Below are positions 23,931 through 36,944 of a DNA stretch of 64,000 nt, in pieces. Source of the stretch: Hypanus sabinus (lineage: Eukaryota). The stretch covers positions 121,334,001 to 121,398,000 of the forward strand of contig NC_082712.1 of the NCBI RefSeq assembly GCF_030144855.1. Direction: 5' to 3'. The translations under genes and the position numbers were made by a program. Under the pieces are notes generated by a model. The model saw only the letters and a list, made by a program, of their open reading frames with translations. It was not told where the DNA came from and searched no databases. Each line of letters starts with the position of its first letter. Position 1 is the first letter of the stretch.

Positions 23931-25069
23931 TGCTACTGACCTTGGAAAAACTGTGAGTTCAATTTTGGTTGAGAAGGACTTCATCAAATTGATTCTGAAT
24001 GTACAAATAAATAAATTACCAAATTAATCAGCAGAGCAACAGGGCCTTCAAGCCCACGAGCCCCGCTACAGCTGTTTTGCTTGAATTGGCCTTTGAATTT
24101 GTGAAGACCCAATTTATATTTATGATCTTTATTTTAGTCTTCCCCCCCCCCCAAAAAAAAAAGTGGAAACATTTTCTCTCCTGCTATTTCAGGATCTTAA
24201 AAATATGAGCAAGTCCTGAACTGATTGCTTTCCCTTCTCAGGCTGTGTGGTTGTTCAGCCTATCCTGATGAGGAAAGCCTGCTGCAAGAATTTTGTCACA
24301 TCCGTCTATAAAACAACATAAGTGTGTGATTGGCAGCTGCGAAATCAGTTGTGATCTTTAATTAAAGGTGTGAAAGTCTATACTACTGTGCCCTGAAGTT
24401 AACCCTGGATGGAGTCTGCCGAATGCACCGCAGCACAGCTTTTGCAATAACAGAACTGTCTCAGGAGGTCATTTGAATATTGCCTCTCAGAAATGATGGT
24501 ACGAATGGATGGACAGATGAAAGCCAAAAGGAGGGGGATTAGAACCTATGAGAATGGAACAGGACACTGTGTACCTTCTTAACCAATCATGTTGAAGAAT
24601 CAGTGAATGCGTGATGCAGATGGGATCAGGAAGTGCAAGATGAAATATTGAATGTCACAGCATAACAGCTGCAAAAAGTGAAAAAAATGAAAATAATTCT
24701 AGCATATCTTCAACAGTAATTTAATCCAAAGAAATGTTAACTTTCATTATCAAATATGGGAGTAATTAAGAGTTACGTTTATTGCTAAAAATTTAATTAG
24801 AGTCTGGCAGGCAAGCTTTTTTTCATAACGTTACATAAGTTTTATAAGCATAAATATAACAACTCCAATGTATGTCATGGACAAGATAATGCAGCTACTG
24901 GAGATGCAAGGAATGTTGTCCTGTAAATATTGGATTCCTTCCATGAATTACACGTGTGTGATTGCAGTTTCTGCCTAATTTACATTTGAGAAGTAGTGAA
25001 TATTGTGGTTTTGCCAGTGTATTAATCACAGAAACCAGCCCAATCTTCGGTTAAAAAGACTTGTTCATA

Positions 25070-25385
25070 TTCAGATTAGTTTATTGTCGTAACACCAGCG
25101 TGCCAAGAAATTCCTTGCTGGCCCTGAAGTTCACAGAGTATATCGTACGCAGGGCAATAAAGAATGCAATAAAAACGGTGACGAACAGAAACAAGATAGT
25201 GTAAACTGAATGCTAAAGAGTAGACAACAGATTAACAGCTTAACGGAGTAAAAGAGAGAGGTAGAATTAAGGGACCTAGGAAGTGGCTGCACCATCGGGA
25301 AGGGGTTGTGAAAGAGGTGATGGCTGCGAAGTCTTATAGCAGCGAGGGAGAAGCTGCTCTTCAATCTGGTCACCCAGGTATTCAA
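25070..25385 (-). mobile_element. Rex1/Babar-type 3' tail
   Basis: Minus ORF TRLKSSFSLAAIRL, typical of the end of the Rex/Babar ORF; ends agtttattgtc. Confidence 0.6.
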
Positions 25386-26204
25386 TCCACATTTCTAAAG
25401 AAGGGAATCTGGCTGTCCCTTTGGTAAGTAATCAGGTGGCAGATGGATGCTGAGGGTTGTACTGATGATCAGTTTAGAAGCAACTGTTAATAAGCTACTG
25501 TCAAAAAAGGTTTGCTGCAAAACTGTAGAAACCAACAATCAAGACAGTAAACCGTGTAGACTATAGCCCATGCCGTAAGCTGTGCTGTTTACTCTGCAGT
25601 CTTCATGGATGCAAATGTAATTGGCTTGGGTGTAATTAATACAAGAATTTTTTTTGTCATCATTTGATCAGGAGCCAAAACCTGATCCCCAACAGTCTCT
25701 TTGATTCCTTCTGCTGATCTGCTCTTCTCCTGTTTTACTTGCTGGTAGTAGCACATGACACAACACTGGAGGAATTAATGGCATCAATAATTCAAAGATG
25801 ATGCCATTGCCAGATCAAAGCAGGCACTTCTTGCGAGAGGTCGCATAGATAGTGGTCAGGACTGAAGAGTTTTTACGTTACTGGATACCTTTCACATGTC
25901 AATGACAGGATGAGAGTGGACCTATTCGATGAGGACTAGTTGTGATGGCTTTGGGAGTAGAGCACACAGAATGAAATGCACAAGCAAAGCAAATAGTTAT
26001 AAAGAGATAGAGAATGGAAATAAATCCTTGGGTTCATTCTATCCACATCAACCATCAAAAACCCAATTACACTAAGTGTAAATTAAGAGACTTTGTTTTA
26101 TTCAGCATCATGTTTGGTACAGACATTATGGGTTAAAGAGCCAGACCCTGCACTATACAGTTCTGTACTTAATGTAATTCCATTTCTTTTTTTTGCTCTC
26201 CAAG

Positions 26205-26632
26205 TTAGAAAGGTGGTGTATATTGATTGCTCTGGTTGAGGTGTTTGACGATTGCTGAGCTTGGCAATTAGCTTGCAGACATTTCATCACCAGTTGAGGG
26301 GACCTCCTCAGTGTGTAGTTGCTGGTGTTTCTCTCTGGCAGTGGCTGCCTTTATATAGGCCCCCATTCACTAGCCCTGGACCTGATTGGCTACCCTTTCA
26401 GTTGACCTTTGAATTCTATTGGCTTGCTTTTCTTTGGTTCTTAGGGGTTTGTAGACAGTGTCAACTTTGATATGTTTGTTTTTATGGAGTTATCAGATGA
26501 GAACCATGCTTCTAAAAATTCTTGTGCCTGCTTCGTGTTTGCCTGCACCAGAGCCTCTGGTGTCCTTCTCGGCCTTCATGAACCGAGATGAGTGACAGTG
26601 GGTCTGTCTCCATACTGCCTGTTTGTGTTCTG
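26205..26632 (-). mobile_element. Second Penelope family (Poseidon-like) 3' end with pseudo-LTR
   Basis: Minus translation with frameshifts gives EHKQAV..DPLSLISVHEGREGH..QANTKQAQEFLEAWFSSDNSI.KHIKVDTVYKPLR, followed by two CCAAT boxes, TATATAAA and a degenerate hammerhead. Confidence 0.75.
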
Positions 26633-26679
26633 TCCATATTCTCATGAGCTCCCTCCAGATTCCTACCCCCAGGGCAAGT

Positions 26680-26860
26680 TGCTTTGCTCAGTTAGCCTAG
26701 CAACCTACAGGTCTTTGGGATGTGGGAGGAAACTGGAGCTTTTGACAGAAAAGCTTGTGGCTCTCTAAGGAAAACATGCAAACTCCACACACACAGCTCC
26801 TGATATCCGGATTGAAACTATGGCACAGTGACTTTACTAGCTACACCACTGTTCTGCCCT
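26680..26860 (-). mobile_element. V-SINE fragment
   Basis: gtctttgggatgtgggaggaaactggagc...catgcaaactccacacac. Confidence 0.7.
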
Positions 26861-27224
26861 CAAACATCAAGCTAGAAATTGAGATGGAGAGAGGTGCAAA
26901 ATTTAGCCCATCAGTTGTAAAACAAAACTGCTATCACAGTTTTATAAACCACTGGCTTCATAGACCCACTGGAGGTGCTCTTGATCAAAGACTAATGCCT
27001 ACAACCTGAACTTAAATAACTGAACTGTTGGGAGACTGAGAGGGGATGTGCAAGAAGTGATTTTAAATTTTGATATTATATTCATGGTATTACATTTGAC
27101 AGAATGACCTTTTACCAAATGTAAATGCAAAGTCATAATCATTTGACTCACCAGCTGTTTCACATGAGTCATGAGCCCAGATTGCTTCAATTCACATGTA
27201 CGACATACTTCCTCTTCCTGTCTC

Positions 27225-28720
27225 ATGGAGTGATAGACCATGGAAATGCACCCTTTGGCACACCATGACAATGTGAGTTTATCCAGACTAATGCCATTTT
27301 CCAGCATTTTCCCTATAGCTTTCCATTCCAGAATATTTTAAGTGCCTTTGTAAATACAAACATACATATTAAATGTTCTGGAAGCATCTTGCTCCTTTAC
27401 CCCCTCAGGCAGTGCATTCCAGTTTCCAACTGTGGTCTGGATGAAAGTGTCCTTCCTCAGATCACCCTCTTAAACGCTTAAGTAATTTAGATCTGTGCTC
27501 TCTGTTTAGAGTTACCTCTGCTAAGGAGAAAGGTTTCTCACTACCTATCCTAAATAAACCCTTTATAATCTCATTCAGAGCATCCTCTCATCCATTTCAA
27601 TATGTCAGTCCATGGCCTCTTCCACCGCCATGATGAGGCCACATTCAGGTTGGAGGACCACACCTCATATTCTGGCTGGGCAACCTCCAACCTGATGGCA
27701 TGAACATATTTTTTCTCTAATATCCGGTAATTTCTTCCCCTCCTGCTGTGCCATTCCCCATTCTGGCTCTCCTCTTATCTCTTCTCTTCCCATTTGCCTA
27801 TCACCTCCCTCTGGTGCCCCTCTTCCTTCTCTTTCTTCTGTTGTCTACTGTCCTCTCCTGTCAGATTCTTCTCACTGTTACCATCAGGAAGGAGATACAG
27901 AAGCCTGAAGGCACATACTCAGCAATTCAGGAATAGTTTCTTCCCCTTTGCCATCCAATTCCTAAATGGATGTTGAATCCATGAACACTATCTCAGTTCT
28001 TTATTATGTCTGTGTTTGCACTATTTTTTAATTTAACTATTTAATTAACATATGCTGTATGTATACTTACTGTAATTGATTTACTTATTTACTTTTCTAT
28101 ATTATCATATATTTCATTGTACTGCTTCTGCAATGTTAACAAATTTCACACCATATGCCAGTGATATTAAACATGATCCTGATTCTGATTACTTCTTCAG
28201 TCCGTTATCTCTTCACCTATCACCTCTAGCTTTTTGCTTTAACCACCCTCCTCCATTCTCACACCTTCACCCTCAACTGATCTCATCTATCACCTGCCAG
28301 CTCGTACTTATCCCCTCCCTCCCCCACCTTCTTGTTCTGGCTTCTCTCCCTCAAATTCCAGTCCTGGTGAAGGGTCACAACCAGAAACATTCCCCTCCAT
28401 AAATGCTGCCTGATTTGCTGAGTTCCTCCAGCACTTTGTGGACATTAACCCATTAGCCTCCTCTGTTCTGAGGAAAACAAACCCAGCCTGTTCGGTCTCT
28501 CCCAATAACTGAAACGCTTCTTCCTGGCAACATCCTGGTGAATTGAATCTGAACTTTCTCAGCTACAATCATGGTGTGCCGACCTAGGCTGCACACAGTG
28601 CTCCACAGTGACTTGTCTAATATTCTATAAGATTGTGCCATAACCATACTCTATTATATTCTGTGCCTGGCTAATGAAGACAAGCATTCCACTTGTAAAT
28701 GTCTTATCCACCTTGGCCAT
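27225..28720. mobile_element. Nested cluster: CR1 3' end (minus) containing a Penelope 3' part (+, ~27590-28440), which contains a Rex1/Babar tail (+, ~27870-28190)
   Basis: Penelope motif catggcctcttccaccgccatgatgaggccac; Rex motif ccatcaggaaggagatacagaagcctgaag with a (GATTCT)n tail; CR1 flanks on both sides. Confidence 0.7.
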
Positions 28721-28819
28721 TCTTAATCACAAGTGATTATGGAAATACCGCTGTCACATGCAAACAGCTAGTTGGAGCAACAGGTGAAAGTGGTTCATTT
28801 ACAGTCAATCAAAGCATAC

Positions 28820-29070
28820 AGTAGGTGAATTCACCCATCAATAACTACTCGGAATTAATACACTGTTTTATAGAACTGTAGAGGTATTGGTACTCTTCTA
28901 GTTTGTTCTGTATGCCATTTAAATGCATAAATTGTTAGTCAGTTAAATAGCACTTTGTCTTTTTTATACGTTTTAGCTATTTCCATGAAACTTTGGTTAA
29001 TTGGGCAGTGGCTTAATTGGGTCAAAATGTACTGTTCTTGATGTATCTCAATTAACAGTAATTTAATGTA
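28820..29070. mobile_element. Possible old Tigger-like MITE end
   Basis: Repeated ttaattggg and terminal tctcaattaacagtaatttaatgta, resembling a decayed Tigger TIR. Confidence 0.35.
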
Positions 29071-29086
29071 TCTGTATCTGTGTGTA

Positions 29087-30092
29087 CAGGCAGTCCCCGG
29101 GTTACGTACGAATTCCGTCTTTAAGTCGGATTTGTACGTAAGTCAGAACAAGTACATCTGGTATTATTTAGAGTCAGTCAGTCAAATGTTTGTTTTAGTA
29201 TATAGTATATATTTTACCTTTCTATGCATATAAAACACTTAAGAAACGTATGTATTCCAATAATTAAACCACTGCGTTGTTTAGTAATAATTGTAGCTTT
29301 CATCGGGGCAGGGCCTTTCCCACGCTCCATTATTCTCACTTTATCCGTTATCCTTTAAAATTGTTCCGGTTGTTGGCCGACTGTAGCCTAACGCTTTTCC
29401 AATGACCGATGGCGTTTCATCTCTTTCCAAATGCTTTATTATTTCCACTTTATTTTCAATCGTGATCACTTCCCATCAATGGAACAGAAACACTGTGGGC
29501 GGCGGGTCCTGACCTGCGCTGGCTGCCAAGGTCCGCTGGGTCCTAAGGACCACTGCACTGAATTCATCGGGTCCTAAAGTACACCACACCGAGCCAGGTT
29601 AAATGGGGCAAGTGGGGGCTGTGCTGGGTTTGGGTATTTGCTCCTCCACAATATTCCACGTGGCAATTTAAACTGGAGGTGGCAGTGTTTTTTTACGAGG
29701 TCGAGTTGCGAGCTCGACATCAACCCGGCATGGATGGTACGTGAGTCACTGGACTGACGTCAACCCGGCACAGGAGCGGTCTGTCACTAAATCGAACTTG
29801 GGAACCTCCGCTCTCGAGCCCAGCGCTGATCTCACTGCGCCATCAGCCAATCGGAATGTGGGGGGGGGGGGGGTCAGGGTGAATCTTGCTAAAAAAATTT
29901 AAAACAACTACAAAGTTAAACACAACACAGTGTCAACGGCAACAACTTAAAATAGTGGACGGTGTCGCGACCGGACTTAAAACGGCGGACAGCGTCGCGA
30001 TCTGACTTTAAATGGTGGACAGCGTTCTCCTTCCTCGGTTCATAAATATGAGCTGTCCGTAAGTCGGATGTTCGTAACTCGGGGACTACCTG
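29087..30092. mobile_element. Tigger/pogo (Tc1-mariner) non-autonomous DNA transposon, 1006 bp
   Basis: TIRs CAGGCAGTCCCCGGGTTACG / CGTAACTCGGGGACTACCTG; TA on both sides; subterminal TAAGTCGGA repeats. Confidence 0.9.
29600..29852 (-). mobile_element. tRNA-headed SINE (same head and core family) inside the Tigger-like MITE
   Basis: Minus strand reads ggctgatggcgcagtg..agttcgattt..ccatccatgccgggttgatgtcgagctcgcaactcgacctcgtaaaa; the 3' boundary is uncertain. Confidence 0.75.
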
Positions 30093-30298
30093 TATATACA
30101 TATAAACTGCTCAGCCTTTTCACTGCTGATCTCTCAATAGTGTGTGTTCACTCAGCTTCCCCTTCAAGCCCACAATCAAATCCTTGGTCTTACTGACGTT
30201 GACAGCAAGGTGGTTGTTGTTACACCACTCAACTAGCTGATATATCCCATTCTTGTATGTCTCATCGTCACCATATGAGATTCTGCCAGAGTTCTGTC

Positions 30299-30987
30299 TG
30301 TAGCCTCATGGTAAGCCTCAGGCTCGCTCAGCTCACTTTCGTCTAGTGGGAGCAGCCTTCGGCCCCGCCAAACTGTGTAAACAACTTTGTGTAGATGCTG
30401 TGTGATGTACCCCACCACGCCAAATATCAGACAGTACACCATATGCGATTAAATGATTACACTTTATAACTCTTACTTTGACAATGTTGATAGTAAATGA
30501 ACAAAATAAGAAGTATTTAACTGTTTAAAAAGAGGAAAAAGGCACCATTAGTATTAAGCAGTTTGTGCACACATCGTTGGAGCTCTTACAGAACTGGGTC
30601 TCCCTTCCTCCAGTTGATGTCCTCTGATCTCCGCCGACCTATGAATGGGACCATCCTTGTTGATCGACCAAACGTTCTACTCGAGTCTGTCCATGTCTCC
30701 TCTCCTTGCCAAAGACCCAAGGCCTTGGACTCCCACTTGGGTCCGATCCTCGCCCAGCTTACAGCATCTCTCTCATCGCGCCTTCTCCCCAAAGCCCACG
30801 AAAAACAATAGCCTACAGACACACAAGAAAGAATAACATCTATCTCAATTGGTTAGCAAATGAATACAATTCCCGTTATCAGTAATTATAACCCGAACAA
30901 GCTGCTACCGTTAACTCAACAGTTAACATTACAAAGAAGCCATTTTATTAGTCTTAGCAAATAACATGAAAGAAGTAACCCCTTACA
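30299..30987 (-). mobile_element. Solo LTR (Gypsy-like family A), 689 bp
   Basis: TGTAG...CTTACA termini and an exact 4-bp TSD tgtc (30295-30298, 30988-30991). Confidence 0.9.
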
Positions 30988-32074
30988 TGTCATTGGCAAA
31001 TAGATGCTGTTTGAGCTGTGCCTAGCCACACAGTCGTGGGTTTAGAGAGAATAGGGCAGTGGGGAAGCATATATCCTTGAGGTGCAGCAGTGTTGATTGT
31101 CAGAGAGGAGGAGATATTATTTCTGATCTGCACTGATTGTTGTCTCCCGATGAGGAAGTTAACAATCTATTTGCAGAGGGAGATATAGAGACCCAGGTTA
31201 CAAAGCTTGTTGATTAGTACTGAAATTATGATGCTGTTGAATATTGATCTGTAATTAATAAACTCCAGCCTGACATAGTTATTGTCGTTGTCCAAGTGGT
31301 CGAAGGCTGAGTGGAGAACCAGTGAGATTGCATCTGCTGTAGACCTATTGTGGCAGTAAGCAAATTCAAGCAGGACCAGGTCCTTGCTTAGGCAGGAGTT
31401 GATTCTGATCATAACTAAACTTTCAAAGCACTGCATCACAGTAGATGTGAGTGCAATTGGGTGATAATCATTGAGGCAGCTCACCCTGCTCTTGCTGGGA
31501 ACTGGTATGATTGATGTCCTTTTGAAGCAGGTGAGAATCTCCAAATGCAACAGTGAGAGATGGAAGGTGTCCTTGAACACTCCTGCCAGATGGTTGGATA
31601 AGTTTTCAGTGTCCTACCAGGTACTCCATTGGAGCCTGAAGCCTTGTGAGGGTTCATCCTCTTGAAAGAAGTCCTGACATTTGCCTCTGAGAGAGAGATC
31701 ACAGGGGCACCAGATGCTGCAGGGATTTGCCCAGGTGTTGTTTTATTCTCCCTTTCAAAGTCTACATAAAATGCAATGAACTCATCTGGGAGTGGAGGAT
31801 CACAGCTATTTATGATGTTAGGTTTTTCCTTGTAGGACCTGCAAATTATGACCTGCAAATCTTCAAATCTTGCCAGGGCTGATGTGTATCTGCTTCTGTC
31901 GCTAACTTTGAATGGAATGGTTTATTTGCTCTTAAAATATCCTTCTGTAGGTCATACCTGAACTTCTTGTCTTGTTCTGTATCACTGATCTTGAATGCCA
32001 CAGATCTAGCCCCCAGCAGACTGTGAATCTCCAGGTTCATCCAGGGTTTCCGGGTTGGGTATGTCCAGTAAGTT

Positions 32075-32675
32075 AGAAACATAGAAACTTTTAAAACCTA
32101 CAGCACAACACAGGCCCTTCAACCCAAAAGCTGTGCTGAACATGTCCTTACCTTAGAAATTACCTAGGGTTACCCTTAGCCCTCTAGTTTTCGAAGCTCC
32201 ATGTACCTATTCAGGAGTCTCTTAAAAGACTCTAACGTTTCTGCCTCCACCACCGTCGCTGGCCGCCCCTTCCATGCACTCACCACTCTCTGCGTAAAAA
32301 AAAAACTTACCCCTGACATCCCCTCTGCACCTACTTCCAAGCACCTTAAAACTATGCCCTCTTGTTCTAGCCATTTCAGCCTTGGGAAATCCAAGGCTTG
32401 GGATAGCCTCTGACTATCCACATGATCAATACCTCATATCATCTTATACACCTCTATCAGGTCACCTCTCATCCTCTGTCGCTCCAAGGAGAAAAGACCG
32501 AGTTCACTCAACCTATTCTCATAAGGCATGCTCCCCAATCCAGGCAACATCCTTGTAAATCTCCTCTGCACCCTTTCTATGGCTTCCACATACTTCCTGT
32601 AGTGAGGCGACCAGAATTGAGCACAGTACTCCAAGTGGGGTCTGACCAGGGTCCCATATAGCTGCAACATTACCT
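32075..32675 (-). mobile_element. CR1 LINE 3' end, relatively young
   Basis: LYGTLVRPHLEYCAQFWSPHYRK, RMRGDLIEVYK and FFTQRVVSAW motifs; agaaacatagaaac tail. Confidence 0.93.
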
Positions 32676-33923
32676 CTCAAATGTACACACTTATCGGCAC
32701 AGATCTTGATGAAGACAATGACAACTGTGGCATATTCATTCAGATCCAAACCTGAATCCTTTAATATTGTCCAGTCCACCAATTTAAAGCAGTCCTATAA
32801 GTGCTCCTCCACCTCCCTTGACCATATCTTTGTGGTCCTCACCACTGGTGCGGTGGTCCTCAGTCTCTGCCTGTATTCTAGGAGTAGAAGTACAGCCAGG
32901 CTTGCCTCTTGCCTCATAGTCCAGGCGTGAGATAGCACAGTAGGTGTTCTTGATTGTGGAGTAACATTGGTCAAGTGTGTTGGCTGCACTGGTTCCGCAG
33001 GTGATATGCTAGTAGCAGATGGTAAGAGACTCCTTCAAGCTAGTCTAGTTGAAATCCCCAACCATGCTTGAAAGGCATCAGGGTACACTTTTCCTGACTG
33101 CTGATAATGGTGATCCGTTCCTCCAGTGTCTGCCTGACAATGGCAGAGATGGAATGTATGCTGTTACCAGGATGATAATAGAAAACTCCCTTGGCAGATA
33201 AAATAGACAACATTTGAGCACTAAATTTTCCAAGTTGGGTGACCAGGACTGAGACAGAACCCCCATGTCTGTACACTATGATGAGTTAATCTGGGCACTC
33301 TCCATCTCCTTTACCTTTAAGAGACTCCACTGTTCTGTCCACAAGGTGGATGGAGAAGCCCTCAGTTGGCAGCACTGTCCAAAATGGTAAGTGTGAGCCA
33401 TGTTGTAGCACTGCCTTTACCCTCCCCCCCCCCCCCACCCACCACACTAAGTAAGTGCACAGTTTGCATCAATTAGTCTCGATGCCGAAACATTCTGTAT
33501 CATCTTGGTAGCTAACTCTCTCCTGTATTACCTATTGAATCTGTTTAGTTCTGTGCACCCGGTAGGCAATCTTAACTGAACAACACCTTTCCTGCTGTTT
33601 AAAGCATGCACTTTGTGTGACCTTGCAAAGACATTGGTTGGCACTCCACAACGGTAATGGTGTTTTCAGGTTAATAGACATGCATTGGCATCATGACATA
33701 ATGGTCCTTTGGAAATATGTGGCATCTAAAAAAAATCTACATTGCTGCCAGTATATTCAGGCCTTGGATTATAGGCTTGATATTTTATTCCGGCCAATGA
33801 AGGGAATTAACAACAGTATCCATGATTTGTTGGTGAACCTTCTGTATGATTTCTCAAGTGTGACTGGCAGAGAATGCCCTAGCATGATTCCTCCACCCTT
33901 CCCCACTATTACAATGTCTTGCT

Positions 33924-34117
33924 CCAACACACACAAAATACTGGTGGAACGCTGCAGGCCAGGCAGCATCTATAGGAAGAAGTACAGTCGACATTTCGGG
34001 CCGAGACCCAATGTCGATTGTACTTTTTCTTACAGATGCTGCCTGGCCTGCTGCGTTCCACCAGCATTTTGTGTGTGTTGCTTGAATTTCCAGCATCTGC
34101 AGATTCCCTCGTGTTTG
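33924..34117. mobile_element. Palindromic Penelope-derived non-autonomous element
   Basis: Inverted arms around a partial hammerhead gtcgacatttcgggccgagaccc; TSD atgtcttgct/atatcttgct. Confidence 0.85.
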
Positions 34118-34441
34118 ATATCTTGCTACATCTAGCTGAAAGGTGCAGTAATCATTCCTGCAAGTAGTCAACAGGTTAGAGGAAGAAGGCAGGAGAAGAG
34201 GGTTGAGAGGGATAATAAATCAGCCATGACAAAATGGTGGAGCAGACTTGATGGGCTGAATGGCCTAGATATGCTCCTCCATCTTATAGTGTTACGGAGT
34301 TTACCTTTAGCGTTTGTTCTCTTGACACCAGCCCTAGCCCAAGTCTGGTAGGAATGTCCTCCAGGACTCTGCCTAGTCCTTGCAGATGAGCTATTCTTAG
34401 TGATGGACAATAAGGTCCTCCATTCAAAGAACATACTATAT

Positions 34442-35420
34442 CAGGGGTCACCAACCTTTTTTGCACTGCAGACCGGTTTAATATTGACAATATTCTTGCG
34501 GACCGGCGGATGGGGATGGGGGGGGGGGGTGTTAATCACACCCGCAAAATAGGCGATAAGTCAACTATAAGTGACTTATGTGGCTAATACACTCAATTTT
34601 GTTTCTAAAAGGGTTTATCTAATGAATTTAATATTAAACACACAGCACGTATTTTCCTCACATGAATATAGTGATAAGTCAATTATAACTCACTTATAAG
34701 TCAGTAACATCATAACATTTTAAGTAACGTTTGGATATTAAACATATATTTTCCTGGTATGAACATATAAAATCATTGCAACACACCAGTGAGAGGACAA
34801 GGTCAGGGCCGGAGGTCCCTGTACCAGGACCGCGGCGGTCGCAGTCTGGAGAGAGCGATTGACCGAGCGAAGAGTGCGACAGGGTGTGTCCCCGCCCCCC
34901 CCCCCCCCCCTTGTAGGTAGGTAGGATCTACTGGCCGACAAAAGTTTGGCTCGAGGGATGACTTTCAGTAGATCACAGTAAGGTAGCTGCTCTGCTACTT
35001 ACGAAACCCTGAGCCCGAATTAGGTCGTCTGCGAATAGTTTAGCACCAGGTTCCCCATGAACATTCGGTGTGCTAAACAAGTTTAGAGGCGGCGCCCATC
35101 TGTCTGCGCTCCAGGTCAGTAGCATCAGCACTTGCCGCCGGCCGTGCGAGGCGGCCGGTTATCCGAGGCCAACCAGTGATTCCCTGGCATGAGGGTATCA
35201 CTGCGTTTATGGGTAATGCATTTATGACTGCGTTTATGACTTCGCGTACGTAATGAACTCGCGTGTGTTCAAGTTCAAAAGTGGGCGTGACAGGGAATGA
35301 GGAAAGGTGCAGCTGACTCATATCGTTTCATATCGACAAATCATATTGTTTCCTTGTGGCACAATAGCACATGCTTTGCTGCCCGGTACCGGTCCGCGGC
35401 CCGGTGGTTGGGGACCACTG
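34442..35420. mobile_element. hAT (Charlie3/MER1-like) non-autonomous DNA transposon, 979 bp
   Basis: TIRs CAGGGGTCACCAACC / GGTTGGGGACCACTG; subterminal ccggtaccggtccgcggccc; 8-bp TSD tactatat/tgctctat (6/8). Confidence 0.85.
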
Positions 35421-35999
35421 TGCTCTATGCTTATCCTTGGTGCACATACCAAATGGGACTGAGCATAGAGGAGCACTGATACCTCAGCCACAGAAACTGG
35501 GTCACCTGGAGAATTGAGCCCTGCAATGGCTGTGCCATTATTATATAAACATCATGTGCTGGTTACCATCTTAGCCATGAACACTGGTTTAGAATTAGAA
35601 GGGAACCCGCAGAAGCTGAAAAAAGGTATGCTACTTCCTTAATCTTCCTTTTCAACATTGATTTTTGTTTTCATGGAAATTGACTTTTCATTTGGCCTTC
35701 ACAATTATAAAAAGGAGGAAAGTCCTTCATCATATTTAGCTGATTTAAGAAAAAATTTAGACTTTTAATTTGTCCACCTCTTGGTAATTGTTATGCACTA
35801 ATACAAATAATAGACAATCTTTGTTAGTACTTGACACAAATCCTATTTTCAACAAGGTCTAAATAGCTGCAATGATTGTTGATGGTTATTATTAACTAAT
35901 TCACATTAAGAAGATCCCCACTTCAATTGACCTCTGTCAGCATTGATGCTAGGATCTTCTTGTTGCCTCAGGTAAACGTAGTGGTTCATTTACTCCTTT

Positions 36000-36130
36000 T
36001 TAATTGGCTGCTACCTATTTGCTTACAAAAATAGTGACTGCACTTCAGAAGTAATTTGTCTGTCTGAAGTGGTTTTAGGAAGCTCTGAAGAAAAGAATAT
36101 TTCATTAAAATTAAGCTTTTTATTTCTTTG
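36000..36130 (+). mobile_element. Deu-SINE/L2-like 3' tail remnant
   Basis: aattggctgc...agtgactgcacttcagaagtaattt. Confidence 0.5.
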
Positions 36131-36421
36131 TTTTGCAATTTTAGCCAGGTGACACAGACTATGATCTTATTTATTTATCAGTTAGGTATTTCTATTTATA
36201 AATAGATTTGCTTTTGTTGTATCTAAGCAAAAGGTTTATAATACCCAGTGGATAAAATGCAGGTCAACAGAACATTTGATTATCACACATTAGGCTTCTT
36301 GCCTTCAGAAGTGCTTTCAATGTCTGCCTTTTTAATGTTTGAAATGCATTACTACCCTGAAGTCATGAAGTTAATCAGTATCCAAATGGTATCTATCCTG
36401 CATGTTGTCATCAATTGTAAA

Positions 36422-36620
36422 CACGAGGAAATCTGCAGATGCTGGAAATTCAAGCAACACACACAAAATGCTGGTGGAACGCAGCAGGCCAGGCAGCTTC
36501 TATAAGGAGAAGCTCTGTCAACGCTGACGAAGGGTCTCGGCCCGAAACATCGACAGCGCTTCTCTCTATAGATACTGCCTGGCCTGCTGTGTTCCACCAG
36601 CATTTTGTGTGTGTTGCATG
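36422..36620. mobile_element. Palindromic Penelope-derived non-autonomous element
   Basis: Inverted arms; hammerhead core ctgacgaagggtctcggcccgaaacatcgac (36524-36554); TSD tcaattgtaaa. Confidence 0.88.
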
Positions 36621-36944
36621 TCAATTGTAAATGTTTTTTATACCCACCCTTTGAGTTTAGGCCATCTGGGTGAAATAAACCAGCACAATCCAGAACCTAT
36701 TAAAACTGAGCAATAACCACAAGCAAAATAGTATAAATATTATCACTATAACTAACATGACATATGATATGAACTATGATGTAAAATACTATAATTTTGT
36801 ACCAATGTGACCTCTGTACACAGTACCTCAAACAGCTTTAACCCTTTAACCTGTGACATACACTGACAAATGCCTCTCGCTGACTCTGTAAATCAACTGA
36901 TTCTATAAGTAAGGTGAATGAACACTGTTCTTTTTTTTTTACCA

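Larger units (their letters stand above)
30100..33400 (-). mobile_element. Long Rex1/Babar LINE (endonuclease to RT), decayed, with nested LTR and CR1
   Basis: ORF pieces SCLNDYHPIALTSTVMQCFESLV, FAYCHNRSTADAISL, YPTRKPWMN, DLNEYATVV and FYLPREFSIIILVTAYIP. Confidence 0.9.

Noticed and set aside
36422-36620. Long hairpin as a possible pre-miRNA or MITE
   Set aside because: Explained by an inverted Penelope repeat; the asymmetric ends and variable 10-15-bp TSDs do not fit a DNA transposon.
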